DNA of 64,000 nt from a virus, in IMG/VR virus record IMGVR_UViG_3300043028_000007, positions 86,239-150,238 of that record. One strand, given 5' to 3'. Positions 29,586-39,779 of this stretch are shown in pieces; the stretch's first letter is position 1, and every line of letters begins with the position of its first letter. The notes under the pieces are model-generated. The model was not told where the DNA came from and searched no databases. It worked only from the letters and a program-made list of their open reading frames with translations. Position numbers and translations under genes: made by a program.

Positions 29586-31736
29586 TTATTCGCCTCTTAT
29601 CTGTTTGATTAGCTCTATAAGTTCTTCCTCACTATACTTAAGCTCCGTATCGTCGATATTTATTCCTGCCGTTTTGAAAAATATTTTTGTCATTTTCAAG
29701 ATGGTATTCGTATTAAATAACTCCTCATTACTAATATCTACTCGTTTAATCGCAGATGGTTTCTTACTATGCAATAAAGTTTCCATTAGTTTATTTACAC
29801 CAATAGGACTATTTGCATGTAGATTAAATAATCTTGGAATTTCACCTGTCTTATCTCCAGCTTCCAAAAGCCTCATTTCATCCTGACCAATTACTTTTAC
29901 AGGAGTCATTTTTAGAAAAGATTCTGAAGAAGCTCTTTTATTTGGTCTGATAGGATGACCAAAATGACTGACATATCCAAATCCCGGTGCTGTTGGTTCT
30001 GGCTTAGCATAAAGAAGATAGATATATTTGCTACCTATACAGATAGGTAATTTAGTCCTTTCTCTTTTCTTTGAGCCATCTTCTTCTATGATATTGAATT
30101 CCACAGGAGTACTATGTGAACCATACTCTTCTTCTAATTGAAGATATAGATCATCTGTAAGTCCTTCAAGGAAAGGCGGTAGATTGATATATATACCTTT
30201 GGAAATACACTCATTCACATACTCCTTTTGATTTTCAGGAGTATTGCATATCTGATCAATTAAATCAACATAGTTAGGATTTAGTTTTCGGAGATAATCG
30301 ATGACATAATCGTATCCCTTACCTGCTTCGAGATTTCGTCTAACAAATTCAGAGGTCCGATTAATAAACTGTTCATCCAACATTCCACTATTCATTCGTG
30401 AGGGAATACCAACTGGAGATATAATGAAATCGGCTCTTATCCCCTTATCATCGACTGGCATGTCTTCATCGTCCATTATAACTGAAGCAGTACCTTTTCC
30501 TCCATCTCTTCCTGTAAGCTTATATCCAAGTGTAGGTATAACTTCTATTCCATAAGTTACTTTAATTCTGATATAGTCGATCTCATTATCTTTATCTATG
30601 AAATCTGATCTATTATAACTACGTAAAGACTTTCCGCCGATTGTCTTATTGGACAAGTCATTTAATTTGACTTTACTACTAATTAGATATTTATAGGAAT
30701 TGAAAACGAGAGTCTCGAATTTAGGACTAAATAGGCATTTGTTTTTATGTTTCTCATATATGGAAACTATCGATTTGTGTCTTCTTACTGAACCATCGAT
30801 ATATTTGTCCAGTTGTGAAAATAACTTATCATTGTCATAATTAGCCTTGGATTTTGCTACTGGATTTTTCCAAATATCTATATCCAATATAGTTGCTCCG
30901 GGAGAAGCCTTTATAGGTCTATCATGGAAAGGAGATATGTTACCTATATTAGTATCCAAAGTATCTGACATAAAGGTATATCCATTACTTTCTCTAAATG
31001 CACACAATACCCCATCGTCATTTACAAACTCTCCTATATCTGGCATGAATTTATGTTCATTGGCGTTGTATATATAGAGAGGATGGTAATAAAATGGTAT
31101 ATCAAATTCCTCTGTATATATCGAATATGTTGCCAATCTATTTGCCAAGCTTTTAGATATAATGAAACTATCTTCGACTGTACCAGGCAAGGTCATTATA
31201 GCCATATTTGCGTTTGTGCCTAAACAATATACTCCAGGTTCGGTCTCTATACTGCTTTGAGTAAATTTAGTACCTCCCATAACGAAGGTATCTTTATTTA
31301 GCAGATGTATATTTTTCTGCTTGTTCTTAAATCCAAATCCATCAGATCCTTTAGTAAATGTAGATATCTCAATGTAATCTATCATATTACTTCCGAGTTC
31401 TTTATATACTACATACATCTTGTTATTGGTAGTTATGGTATTGTAACCCAATCCCAAACTATATTTTGGAATAGTCTCTACTATAACTGAATCAGTAGGT
31501 ATCTGATCGTATAAATTGCTTTTATCGTACTCACTTAATTTAGACTCATATCCTTTATATATGTAAGGGAAGTCTGATTTCAACAATGCCAATGCTTGCG
31601 TCATGTGCTTAGACAACATTTCCATACGACCAGCCGATGTACGATCCGGAAAAGTAGCCATATTTCCTTCTAATGCTAAACATCTATGATCGACAGTACA
31701 GTTATCCGCATATTTATAGTCTTCCTGAAATTTCAA
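29586..31736 (-). CDS. rpoB: Non-virion RNA polymerase beta C-terminal subunit (phiKZ gp71/73-like)
   Basis: R..M..H..QA, G.VEDS..IS, GYKLTGRDGGKG, P.GIPSRMN, GQDE motifs; TTG start with AAGGAG SD. Confidence 0.92.
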   Translation of the reverse strand: MKFQEDYKYADNCTVDHRCLALEGNMATFPDRTSAGRMEMLSKHMTQALALLKSDFPYIYKGYESKLSEYDKSNLYDQIPTDSVIVETIPKYSLGLGYNTITTNNKMYVVYKELGSNMIDYIEISTFTKGSDGFGFKNKQKNIHLLNKDTFVMGGTKFTQSSIETEPGVYCLGTNANMAIMTLPGTVEDSFIISKSLANRLATYSIYTEEFDIPFYYHPLYIYNANEHKFMPDIGEFVNDDGVLCAFRESNGYTFMSDTLDTNIGNISPFHDRPIKASPGATILDIDIWKNPVAKSKANYDNDKLFSQLDKYIDGSVRRHKSIVSIYEKHKNKCLFSPKFETLVFNSYKYLISSKVKLNDLSNKTIGGKSLRSYNRSDFIDKDNEIDYIRIKVTYGIEVIPTLGYKLTGRDGGKGTASVIMDDEDMPVDDKGIRADFIISPVGIPSRMNSGMLDEQFINRTSEFVRRNLEAGKGYDYVIDYLRKLNPNYVDLIDQICNTPENQKEYVNECISKGIYINLPPFLEGLTDDLYLQLEEEYGSHSTPVEFNIIEEDGSKKRERTKLPICIGSKYIYLLYAKPEPTAPGFGYVSHFGHPIRPNKRASSESFLKMTPVKVIGQDEMRLLEAGDKTGEIPRLFNLHANSPIGVNKLMETLLHSKKPSAIKRVDISNEELFNTNTILKMTKIFFKTAGINIDDTELKYSEEELIELIKQIRGE

Positions 31737-31830
31737 ATGCGTCTCCTTTCATTTTATAATTCAGGTTATTAATATTCTATTCTTTAAGATAATATATATT
31801 TTAAATCGAGATGAAGGAAGGTGGTGAAAT

Positions 31831-32166
31831 ATGTCATTGATAAATTTAATAGATCGGAAAATAAAGGAAGGTCAGTACTATGATACTGATAGTAAGTGGC
31901 GTCAGTTTATAATAGATCATAAACTTTATTTAAAAAATAACTCAATCAAAAGATATCCAAGCGAAACCTATTTAAATAAATATAAATACGATCTCTCCGG
32001 ATATCTTAGATCATTAAATATGCCTGCCAGTTGTACTTGGATAGTACGAATAATAAACGATATGCCTACAGATAAAGAATTTGTCAATATCAAAAGCATA
32101 TATGTGCCAGAGTTGCCTATAATCAAAGATCTATTTAAAACTTACCGGACCATTTACTATAGCTGA
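31831..32166 (+). CDS. Putative LysM-like baseplate wedge/tail protein
   Basis: KYKYDL.GYL......WIVRIIND.......SIYVP pattern resembles LysM/T4 gp53-like small baseplate proteins. Confidence 0.5.
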   Translation: MSLINLIDRKIKEGQYYDTDSKWRQFIIDHKLYLKNNSIKRYPSETYLNKYKYDLSGYLRSLNMPASCTWIVRIINDMPTDKEFVNIKSIYVPELPIIKDLFKTYRTIYYS

Positions 32167-32626
32167 CGTATTCTTTGATAGGAAATATAAGATAAAAATA
32201 AGGATATTTTTCGTTAGTCTTATCCCACTCTTCTTGAGTGGGGTAAGGCTGATATATCGTCGAATATGAATAAAGTCTATCCATCAGTTGTTGTTTAATA
32301 TTATCTAAGTATTTTTTAGGTAATCGAAGATATAGCCTAATTTCCAGATCCATTAATCTAGAAGGAACATTATTCGTTACTTTGCTAGCGAATATTTGAT
32401 CAGCTAAATTAATATCGTCGGATTTATCCATTTCATAAGCTATTGTTTTCAAATCGGCGTTCTTAATTAACCCTAACCAACTATGCTCATAGTTATCTTT
32501 TGGGATTAAAGATTCTTCAAACTCTACCCATTCTTTTATGGTATCTTGAAAAACCACATTATAACTAAGTATTTCCTCTATAGTTAATTCGTCTACTTTT
32601 TTTTCTTTCTTTCTTTTAAATATCAT
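32135..32626 (-). CDS. Hypothetical protein (163 aa)
   Basis: GAGGAG SD. Confidence 0.6.
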   Translation of the reverse strand: MIFKRKKEKKVDELTIEEILSYNVVFQDTIKEWVEFEESLIPKDNYEHSWLGLIKNADLKTIAYEMDKSDDINLADQIFASKVTNNVPSRLMDLEIRLYLRLPKKYLDNIKQQLMDRLYSYSTIYQPYPTQEEWDKTNEKYPYFYLIFPIKEYVSYSKWSGKF

Positions 32627-32644
32627 TTTATCTCCTCTCGATGA

Positions 32645-33793
32645 TTATAATGGATCACCTTTGCTGTTTGGCATAATGCTTTGCTCTACTAAAGGCATTA
32701 CGCCATTTATAATGCCAGGAACACTAACTCTATCTTGACCATCTATACCTTTTATTGTATCGACTAATAGTTGTATAGCCTGACTTAATTGTTCCCATGC
32801 TAATAGAGTTCTATTGTTTGCTCCTCCATTGCCTTTATCTGGCACTGAATTAGAAGGATTGCCAGAACCATTAGATAATTCCACCGTAGCTGGTACATAC
32901 GGTGTACCTACAGGACCTATAGACCTAGCCATAGCTTGTGATATAGAAGATATTAATGTGCCGGGTATTTTTACATCTCCATTTAGACCGATAGTCAATG
33001 CTTCAGCTACAAAGTTTTTAGTTATATTACTTATACCTTCACCTGCTTCTTGATATAGTACCTCTTCTAATATCTGGGACATATTAGGAGCATTAACTAG
33101 TATCTGTCTACCAGCTTTTATAACCAAATCTCTTGGTGCGGCAAGAAGTATGTCTTTGTCATTTAAATCGACTATTGAGTCAGATGAATTCTTTAACATA
33201 ATCCTAGGTACATCCGATTCTAACCATATTTCATTACCTATGTCGTCCTGTAACGTAGCCGTGTTATTTTTAGCATCTATCTTAAAATGATATTTGTATT
33301 TCTCACCATCTGATTTAGAAGTAGCTACAGTTATAGCTTTGTCATACAAAGTATCTAATTCGATATAATAGGTATTGTCCTTATCCAGTATTTTAACGGT
33401 CCTCTGATCATTGGCAACACAAATACGCCAATGTTCGGTTTTTCTAAGATTATCGTCTCTACCAGCAGGGTACCAATAGTATTCATCAGTATCAGCGTAT
33501 TGGAATAATAATACCTGCTCATCTTTTACTATATCCGGAGGACCAGACCTGTTAGTCATAAAATCGAAATAACTCGCTTCGATAACGTTAGTTACTTTTA
33601 CTGAATCATTGATATTCTTACCGTTTCTTCTATCATAAATAGATATAATGAATAAACTATCACTAGGCACGTGGTTGTCTTCATACGGTAATATTTCAGG
33701 ACAAAATACTTTTATATCTCGTGACCCATGAACTTTATCTTCTGCTACAATTCCCCAATATATTGTAAATTTTCCTTTCTTATCATAACTCAT
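32645..33793 (-). CDS. Putative baseplate central spike (gp5/gpV/VgrG-like OB-fold plus beta-repeat)
   Basis: GIVAEDK..S..IKVF.PE...A.Y....NR..PPD....EQV...Y.D.D.YYW OB-fold-like N-terminus, then DDIGNEI.L beta repeats. Confidence 0.65.
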   Translation of the reverse strand: MSYDKKGKFTIYWGIVAEDKVHGSRDIKVFCPEILPYEDNHVPSDSLFIISIYDRRNGKNINDSVKVTNVIEASYFDFMTNRSGPPDIVKDEQVLLFQYADTDEYYWYPAGRDDNLRKTEHWRICVANDQRTVKILDKDNTYYIELDTLYDKAITVATSKSDGEKYKYHFKIDAKNNTATLQDDIGNEIWLESDVPRIMLKNSSDSIVDLNDKDILLAAPRDLVIKAGRQILVNAPNMSQILEEVLYQEAGEGISNITKNFVAEALTIGLNGDVKIPGTLISSISQAMARSIGPVGTPYVPATVELSNGSGNPSNSVPDKGNGGANNRTLLAWEQLSQAIQLLVDTIKGIDGQDRVSVPGIINGVMPLVEQSIMPNSKGDPL

Positions 33794-33864
33794 AGATATT
33801 TCTCCTACAATAAGTTATATATACATATACGATTAATATACCATTAAGACAAAAAATAAAGATA

Positions 33865-33896
33865 TATAAGTCCCGTGAATATTCACGGGACTTATA
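33865..33896 (-). terminator. Perfect 32-bp palindrome, terminator
   Basis: tataagtcccgtgaat/attcacgggacttata with a downstream T-run on minus. Confidence 0.75.
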
Positions 33897-33904
33897 ATTT
33901 AAAA

Positions 33905-35104
33905 CTATTTGAAAATCAAAGTATGCGATACTCTAGCTGAGCCTGCGTGCTCTAACGGGGCTTTACCATGAAAATCGACTATACTAGTCGATCTATTAGA
34001 TAGCCCTAATTCCATACCAAAAGAAAGCCTATCCCCGAAACTTTCAGTTGGTGAAGGTACGCTAGAAAAATTGTCATTTGGAGACGGTACACTACTCCAA
34101 CCCATATTGTCGCCAAAGTTATCTGGGGACGGTACATTGGAAGGACCTATCCCAAAACCATCATTCGGTGACGGCACACCAAAATGTCGTACCTTGGATT
34201 TCTTTTGCTGAGATATAGTTGGTTTTGTACCAACGCTCAATATATTCTTAGCTACATCATAACATTCTTTTAAATGATCAAGATCAGCATATGCTTTATA
34301 TTTATCGAAGTCAATTGCAAATGGAATATTTCCCCCTTCGATATTTTTATCGATCAATTCGAATTTTGGGTTAGTAGTCTCATATATGAGTCCCCAAAGA
34401 TCTATCATAGCACTTAATCTTGGTATCTTAACAGACTTCATACTACATATGAACGATTCCATCTTTTCTTCATCTTTCTTTGATGGATCAATATCCATTA
34501 GGTCACAGAAAATATCTGAGAACAACGACCAAGATTTCTTACGGACATCTTTATACTTATCTCTAAAGCCAGGTCCATTGAATAACCCACATATGGCTTT
34601 AGCCTTCTTATCTTTGATAGGAAAGTATACTGAAAAGAAGTCGATATAATTATCAGTTATCTTTTCAAATTCCTGTATAGCTTTCTTATCGACTCTATCT
34701 ATAAACTTACTTACTCTTTCAAGAAGTTTATTTGGTAGCTTTGGTGGTTTATCTTCTTCCTTCTGCTCAAGAGCAAGTTCCATAATAGCTCTCATATATG
34801 AAACAAGCTTATACGTGAATGTAGTTAGTTTGGAATGATAGAACCAATCCTGAGCAGATGTCTGACCTATCCCTTCTGCAAACGGATTAAGGATTGTTGC
34901 ATCTGTAGATGAGCTGATATTTTCTTTAAATAGTATTAGTTTGCTTTTGGTATGAGTACCATTTACTATGCCATCAACATACACATACTCTTCTTTTCCA
35001 TCGGAACCGACACTAACTACCATATCTTCTTTATTTACTTTGAATACTCCATCAAATTCTACAAAGAACTTGATAGTATCCGTCACATCTTTATAAGTTG
35101 CCAT
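33905..35104 (-). CDS. Chimallivirus core protein (phiKZ gp70-like) with low-complexity VPSP tail
   Basis: Position after the picA-like gene; LNPFAEG motif. Confidence 0.55.
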   Translation of the reverse strand: MATYKDVTDTIKFFVEFDGVFKVNKEDMVVSVGSDGKEEYVYVDGIVNGTHTKSKLILFKENISSSTDATILNPFAEGIGQTSAQDWFYHSKLTTFTYKLVSYMRAIMELALEQKEEDKPPKLPNKLLERVSKFIDRVDKKAIQEFEKITDNYIDFFSVYFPIKDKKAKAICGLFNGPGFRDKYKDVRKKSWSLFSDIFCDLMDIDPSKKDEEKMESFICSMKSVKIPRLSAMIDLWGLIYETTNPKFELIDKNIEGGNIPFAIDFDKYKAYADLDHLKECYDVAKNILSVGTKPTISQQKKSKVRHFGVPSPNDGFGIGPSNVPSPDNFGDNMGWSSVPSPNDNFSSVPSPTESFGDRLSFGMELGLSNRSTSIVDFHGKAPLEHAGSARVSHTLIFK

Positions 35105-35121
35105 CTTATCTCTCCTTTGTT

Positions 35122-36726
35122 TTAAAATGCTTCATAATCGCTATCTGTCAATATGCTTCGGGTTAAGGCCATAAGATCTGTCCCATTTTCAAAAACTATA
35201 TTACTATCTGCTACCAGAGGTGTATTTATACCTCCTAAACAACTATGTTCTGTATATGGTGTATCCATATTGTTAAACATACTATCTCTATCCAATAATC
35301 TTAATTTGATATATGTGTCGTCTGTACTATATGCTGATACATCGACATCTATGTTACCTACGGCCATGACTATGGGATTGAAGATATATTCTTCTATCAT
35401 TTTCATAGCCGTCTCTACACGTGCTTTAGCTTCGCCTCCTGATAATGGAGCCAATGTACTGTAGCTCCTTATTTGCCAAGCGGATCTTTTGTCTGCGAAT
35501 ACATCTAAGCTTATTTGTCCAGTATTTCGAGTACTGCTGGCATCTGAGGCATATGAAAATGACAAATCGATAAGACCACAGTTATTCAATATGCTCGGCA
35601 ATGATCTCGAGATCATACTTGAATAGATATTTACTTCGTTTATATCTAACTGATTTATTGGATCAAAATTTCTCGCAGCATTTTTATTATTGATGACTAC
35701 TATTTTGGGATCATATTTAGATATTAGTTCGGACATAAATATATCTGAATCAGCTAATCCAAATACAGCTACATTAGTACTATCTTTAGCACTCAGTTCC
35801 TGAAGCATTGCTTCTGATATATAGTCATCGTCTATATTGATTAAGCTCCTACTTCCTTCTGCCAATGTTCCTCTATAATCATCTGTTGCAACATATTCCA
35901 AGGTATTTAATAGCGAGTCAATGATCGCTTTACAATTATTACTTGGGATATTCATAGATGACTTAATATGGTGTGTGTCTAGCGGCGAACATCTTAAACT
36001 GTCTGCTTCTGTGATGTTGGACAATATACCGCTAGTCATACCATCGTTTTCAAATGAAAACATTTCAGACAGAGAAGAGGGCGTATTCTTAAATAGTTCA
36101 CAATCCGAGATACGTGTACTAGAGTCTCTGGATATGAAATCTACGTCTCCTATTACACTCAATCTGTTTTTAGAAGTAGGCCCAAAAGTTTTTGTCTCTT
36201 TTGACAATACCTTATGTGTTATACACAACATACAGTTTTCGTTGATTCTGTTGCCCTGACCATGATTAACCATATTGACTGGTTCTTCTGTGGTATAACC
36301 CACATATACGCATCTGTTGTTTTCATTCATAGGCAATTTAAATTTGCCCATAGATGCACCATTAAAGCTACCTGTATCATTATCTATAACTAACATAAAT
36401 GTCCATGTGCTAGAAAATATAGATGAAGCAACAGGTATGCCCATAGCACTTGTTTTTACAGCATCTATGCCTACAGGAGATTGACTTAATCTTTTACTAA
36501 TACCTACGTTACCTCTATGGACATTTCTATGATTCTTAACGACATTATTAGTTATTTCGTCAATCAGCTCGTCTTTAAATTCCATTCCAAAATTATACCG
36601 TATTGGTCTTTTGGCTGTATCATAAAACCTTCTTGGAGATTTCAGATATAATACAGCCTTCTTACCACCTAATCCAGTGTCCTGCAATGCGTTTGAACTA
36701 AGGTCGTTGTTGTTTAATAGTCCCAT
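35122..36726 (-). CDS. picA: Putative phage nucleus import factor PicA/Imp1 (phiKZ gp69-like)
   Basis: Size and position between gp68-like and gp70-like genes; RP..Y.F, W.FMLV and Y.GYT motifs; start re-set to MGLLNN with AGGAG SD. Confidence 0.6.
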   Translation of the reverse strand: MGLLNNNDLSSNALQDTGLGGKKAVLYLKSPRRFYDTAKRPIRYNFGMEFKDELIDEITNNVVKNHRNVHRGNVGISKRLSQSPVGIDAVKTSAMGIPVASSIFSSTWTFMLVIDNDTGSFNGASMGKFKLPMNENNRCVYVGYTTEEPVNMVNHGQGNRINENCMLCITHKVLSKETKTFGPTSKNRLSVIGDVDFISRDSSTRISDCELFKNTPSSLSEMFSFENDGMTSGILSNITEADSLRCSPLDTHHIKSSMNIPSNNCKAIIDSLLNTLEYVATDDYRGTLAEGSRSLINIDDDYISEAMLQELSAKDSTNVAVFGLADSDIFMSELISKYDPKIVVINNKNAARNFDPINQLDINEVNIYSSMISRSLPSILNNCGLIDLSFSYASDASSTRNTGQISLDVFADKRSAWQIRSYSTLAPLSGGEAKARVETAMKMIEEYIFNPIVMAVGNIDVDVSAYSTDDTYIKLRLLDRDSMFNNMDTPYTEHSCLGGINTPLVADSNIVFENGTDLMALTRSILTDSDYEAF

Positions 36727-36748
36727 TTTTTGTCTCCTGTATTTTTTT

Positions 36749-37963
36749 CTAATTATAAACAAATGAGTTCGAAACTAACCCATAAATTGCTAAATTTATT
36801 ACTTTTTGCAATAATACCTGATTGTCTTTATCATAACTCGTTATAATTACCGTATCATCATAACTCTTAGCTATATTGATAGTTTTCGTTTTACCATTGT
36901 CCAATAGGAATATGGTATCCGATATAGTAATATATATTTGATATATTAATCGATTAACCGAATTACTAAATGACCTATGGTTATCCAAATACCTGTTTCT
37001 AGCAAAGTTTATTTTATGCGAATAATTGATTGCTGTTTCAGATATACCGTCTGTATGTACAATTATATCTATATCGAATTCTGTTAAAGGTGAGCCGAAT
37101 ATAATGTCTATCAAATTACTATTATATCCATATTCTTCATAGGCAAAATCCGTAAGATTTGGATTATCTGAGCGATCTATCTTTTTATCTATTCCAGGCG
37201 TCGGGTTAGTGTCCAAGTAATGATTATTACTGACATAACGCCTTAGGTCCTTGTCTACGAATATTTGGTCATAATATTTTTTAGTCAAAGCATCCGTAGG
37301 CGTTTGTTTTAAAGTCCGTTTTAATGGATACGTCATATTGGATGCCTGATCTAAAATTATATTCAACCTTTTCTTAAGAGCTTTGTCATTATAGTTATGG
37401 AAAGTAAAGTTATTAACCAGAGTCTGATTACTTATATATCTTACTATCTCTGGTAAATATAATCCATTTAAAAAGAAATCTAGATTTAAGTGCTCTAGTT
37501 TCTTACAATCATCGAAATAAGCGTTTGTGTAATTGTGTATGAAATAAAAATATAGATAATCAATATCGACTATATCGCCATTAATGGCGTTAATACATAT
37601 TGGTATATTTTCTGAAAAATAATCAATCATAACCGTATGGTTAATATGAGTCTTTAACATATAAGGAGCGTATATATTTGGTGTATCTAACCTATCTACC
37701 AAACAATACCTTTCCTTTATTATGGATTTTGTTGATTTAGTCTTAATATCTCTCAATGTATGTCTTTCGATTAACTTAACAAATTCGAGATTATTATCAA
37801 CAAAATCCACGTCCGATGTAGATGTAGTTATGGATGTCCCAAGATTAATAACGTCTTCATCATTTATGAATAGAGTAAAGGCATTAGTATAGCATGTAGC
37901 CGAATCATAACATCCGCTATAGTGCACGGGATGAGGTAAGTGTATTTCTTCTAATATTTCCAA
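36749..37963 (-). CDS. Hypothetical protein (404 aa)
   Basis: TTG start with AAGGAG SD; no recognisable motif. Confidence 0.65.
   Translation of the reverse strand: MEILEEIHLPHPVHYSGCYDSATCYTNAFTLFINDEDVINLGTSITTSTSDVDFVDNNLEFVKLIERHTLRDIKTKSTKSIIKERYCLVDRLDTPNIYAPYMLKTHINHTVMIDYFSENIPICINAINGDIVDIDYLYFYFIHNYTNAYFDDCKKLEHLNLDFFLNGLYLPEIVRYISNQTLVNNFTFHNYNDKALKKRLNIILDQASNMTYPLKRTLKQTPTDALTKKYYDQIFVDKDLRRYVSNNHYLDTNPTPGIDKKIDRSDNPNLTDFAYEEYGYNSNLIDIIFGSPLTEFDIDIIVHTDGISETAINYSHKINFARNRYLDNHRSFSNSVNRLIYQIYITISDTIFLLDNGKTKTINIAKSYDDTVIITSYDKDNQVLLQKVINLAIYGLVSNSFVYN
36925..36940 (-). promoter_or_regulatory. Intragenic early promoter motif about 200 nt upstream of the picA-like gene
   Basis: tagtaatatatatttg matches the intergenic copies. 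Confidence 0.5.
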
Positions 37964-37973
37964 TTAAGTCTCC

Positions 37974-39596
37974 TTAGTTTTTAAATATATTAGTATGACC
38001 AACTAAGTTTAGCGAATAGTATATGAATTGAAATATATTAGACATTATCAATTCGTTATATTCAAGCACTCTATTGTTGGCATTGTCTTGACTAAGAGCT
38101 TCATATATATCGGGAGCTGTGTTATACTTATGTGCTCTCGTAGTCAAGTATTCTATCATCTTATCCAGGCTACTATCCCAACTAACGCTACCAACTGCAT
38201 ATGGAAATAGTTCAGCACAATTTCTATATGCTCTAGAACTACCAGCCATAATTTGGATCTTGTTATCTATTATAGACATAGATGATTTAATACCATGGTC
38301 TGTAGCAGATAAGCAATGTATTATATCAGTACCTATTGGGTCATCTAAAACCTTATCTTGTACTATACTTTGGTTTAGTTTACATATATACATCTGTACT
38401 ATAACCAATAGCTCAGTATACAGCTCATAGTTTAGCATCGATACCCCACAAGCACCACCGATCTTATGTCCAAGAAAAGTACATATGACATACATATTAA
38501 TTGGCGATATGGCGAATGGAGAATGCATATAAAAATTACAATTTTCTTTAAATTCAGATGCAGATAACCCATACTGATCTAATAAACGTCGGGCTACAAG
38601 TTTTGTAGTTAAATTAACTAAAGTAGGTGTCTCTATAGGAGCTATGGAAACATAAGACTCTGTTTCCAAGCGACTTTTATTAGACTCACTATCGTCTTTC
38701 ATATCTTCTGGTCTTATTCTCATTCTTACTATGGATTTTCGAGAATTTGAATTGATAGTATTGCTTGCTTTGCTATTGATGCAATGATACATATCCGATA
38801 TCAGACTTTTGTCATATAGATTATTAACAAAGTTCTTAGTTAATATGGTACCATAACAAAGTATAGTTAGTGTTATCTTGGTATTGCCATGATAAGATAA
38901 TGTGTGGTCATTTTCTTTCCTACCACTACCTATATTGTTTTCAATATAGTTAAATATCTTTTCTGTAATTTTAGGAAAATCTTGATTAAGTAGATCTGCC
39001 AAAATACGTACGGCATGTAGATCTTTTAATCTGTTATCTATATCACTATTGGTTATAAAGTTTGATATATGCCCAAATATAGGCGAAAGCATTTTACATA
39101 TAGTCGATACTGCGATACAATATAGATAATCCTGATGAAAGAAGGTCATACTCCTCGTATGATGAGCAGATTCTAATTCATCTCCCTTATGTTTTAATTC
39201 AGGGATATGGATTTCTTCTTGGAAAGTAACAAAATTTAGTATCCTTTTTGACAAATCTAAGTCTTTAAATAATTGAGCTAATTCTTTGCTTGTATTTTCT
39301 TCAAAAATAACTAGCTGGTCCATATGTTCTATATTGTCCAGTTGTTTATGGACATTTGAATAAAACCTAGCTATCCTGATTTGTTCATGTGAAGTGAGTT
39401 CTTGAAAAAATCTATTGACAACTTTATATAACTGTATCCACGGTATTTCTCCTTTACCAGCTTTTAAATTGGAATATGTTTTCATGTTAAATATTAACGT
39501 ATTTGGGTCTATCGATTGTACGTCAGATTCTTTAACATTGCTTATATCCAAATAAGCATAACTGATTTCATCTATTACCATCCTCCTTATTCGCAT
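37974..39596 (-). CDS. Non-virion RNAP promoter-recognition (sigma-like) subunit, phiKZ gp68-like
   Basis: 540 aa; TF...DY, K...PIFG and E.NKS.LE segments; position in the core block upstream of picA. Confidence 0.7.
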   Translation of the reverse strand: MRIRRMVIDEISYAYLDISNVKESDVQSIDPNTLIFNMKTYSNLKAGKGEIPWIQLYKVVNRFFQELTSHEQIRIARFYSNVHKQLDNIEHMDQLVIFEENTSKELAQLFKDLDLSKRILNFVTFQEEIHIPELKHKGDELESAHHTRSMTFFHQDYLYCIAVSTICKMLSPIFGHISNFITNSDIDNRLKDLHAVRILADLLNQDFPKITEKIFNYIENNIGSGRKENDHTLSYHGNTKITLTILCYGTILTKNFVNNLYDKSLISDMYHCINSKASNTINSNSRKSIVRMRIRPEDMKDDSESNKSRLETESYVSIAPIETPTLVNLTTKLVARRLLDQYGLSASEFKENCNFYMHSPFAISPINMYVICTFLGHKIGGACGVSMLNYELYTELLVIVQMYICKLNQSIVQDKVLDDPIGTDIIHCLSATDHGIKSSMSIIDNKIQIMAGSSRAYRNCAELFPYAVGSVSWDSSLDKMIEYLTTRAHKYNTAPDIYEALSQDNANNRVLEYNELIMSNIFQFIYYSLNLVGHTNIFKN

Positions 39597-39638
39597 TCTT
39601 AAGCCTCCATATATTAATTAATGCTACTTATTCTACTA

Positions 39639-39657
39639 TAGTAATATATATTTAAAA
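39639..39657 (-). promoter_or_regulatory. Early promoter motif
   Basis: TTTTAAATATATATTACTA on minus, upstream of the gp68-like gene. Confidence 0.75.
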
Positions 39658-39779
39658 GATTTTTAGAAAAATACCGTACATTAACTCCTTCTATAGATAT
39701 AGTACCTATACCTATTCTGATATAAAATATCGTTTATAAATAAAAAAATAAAAGTAGTAGATAAAATCCACTACTAATA

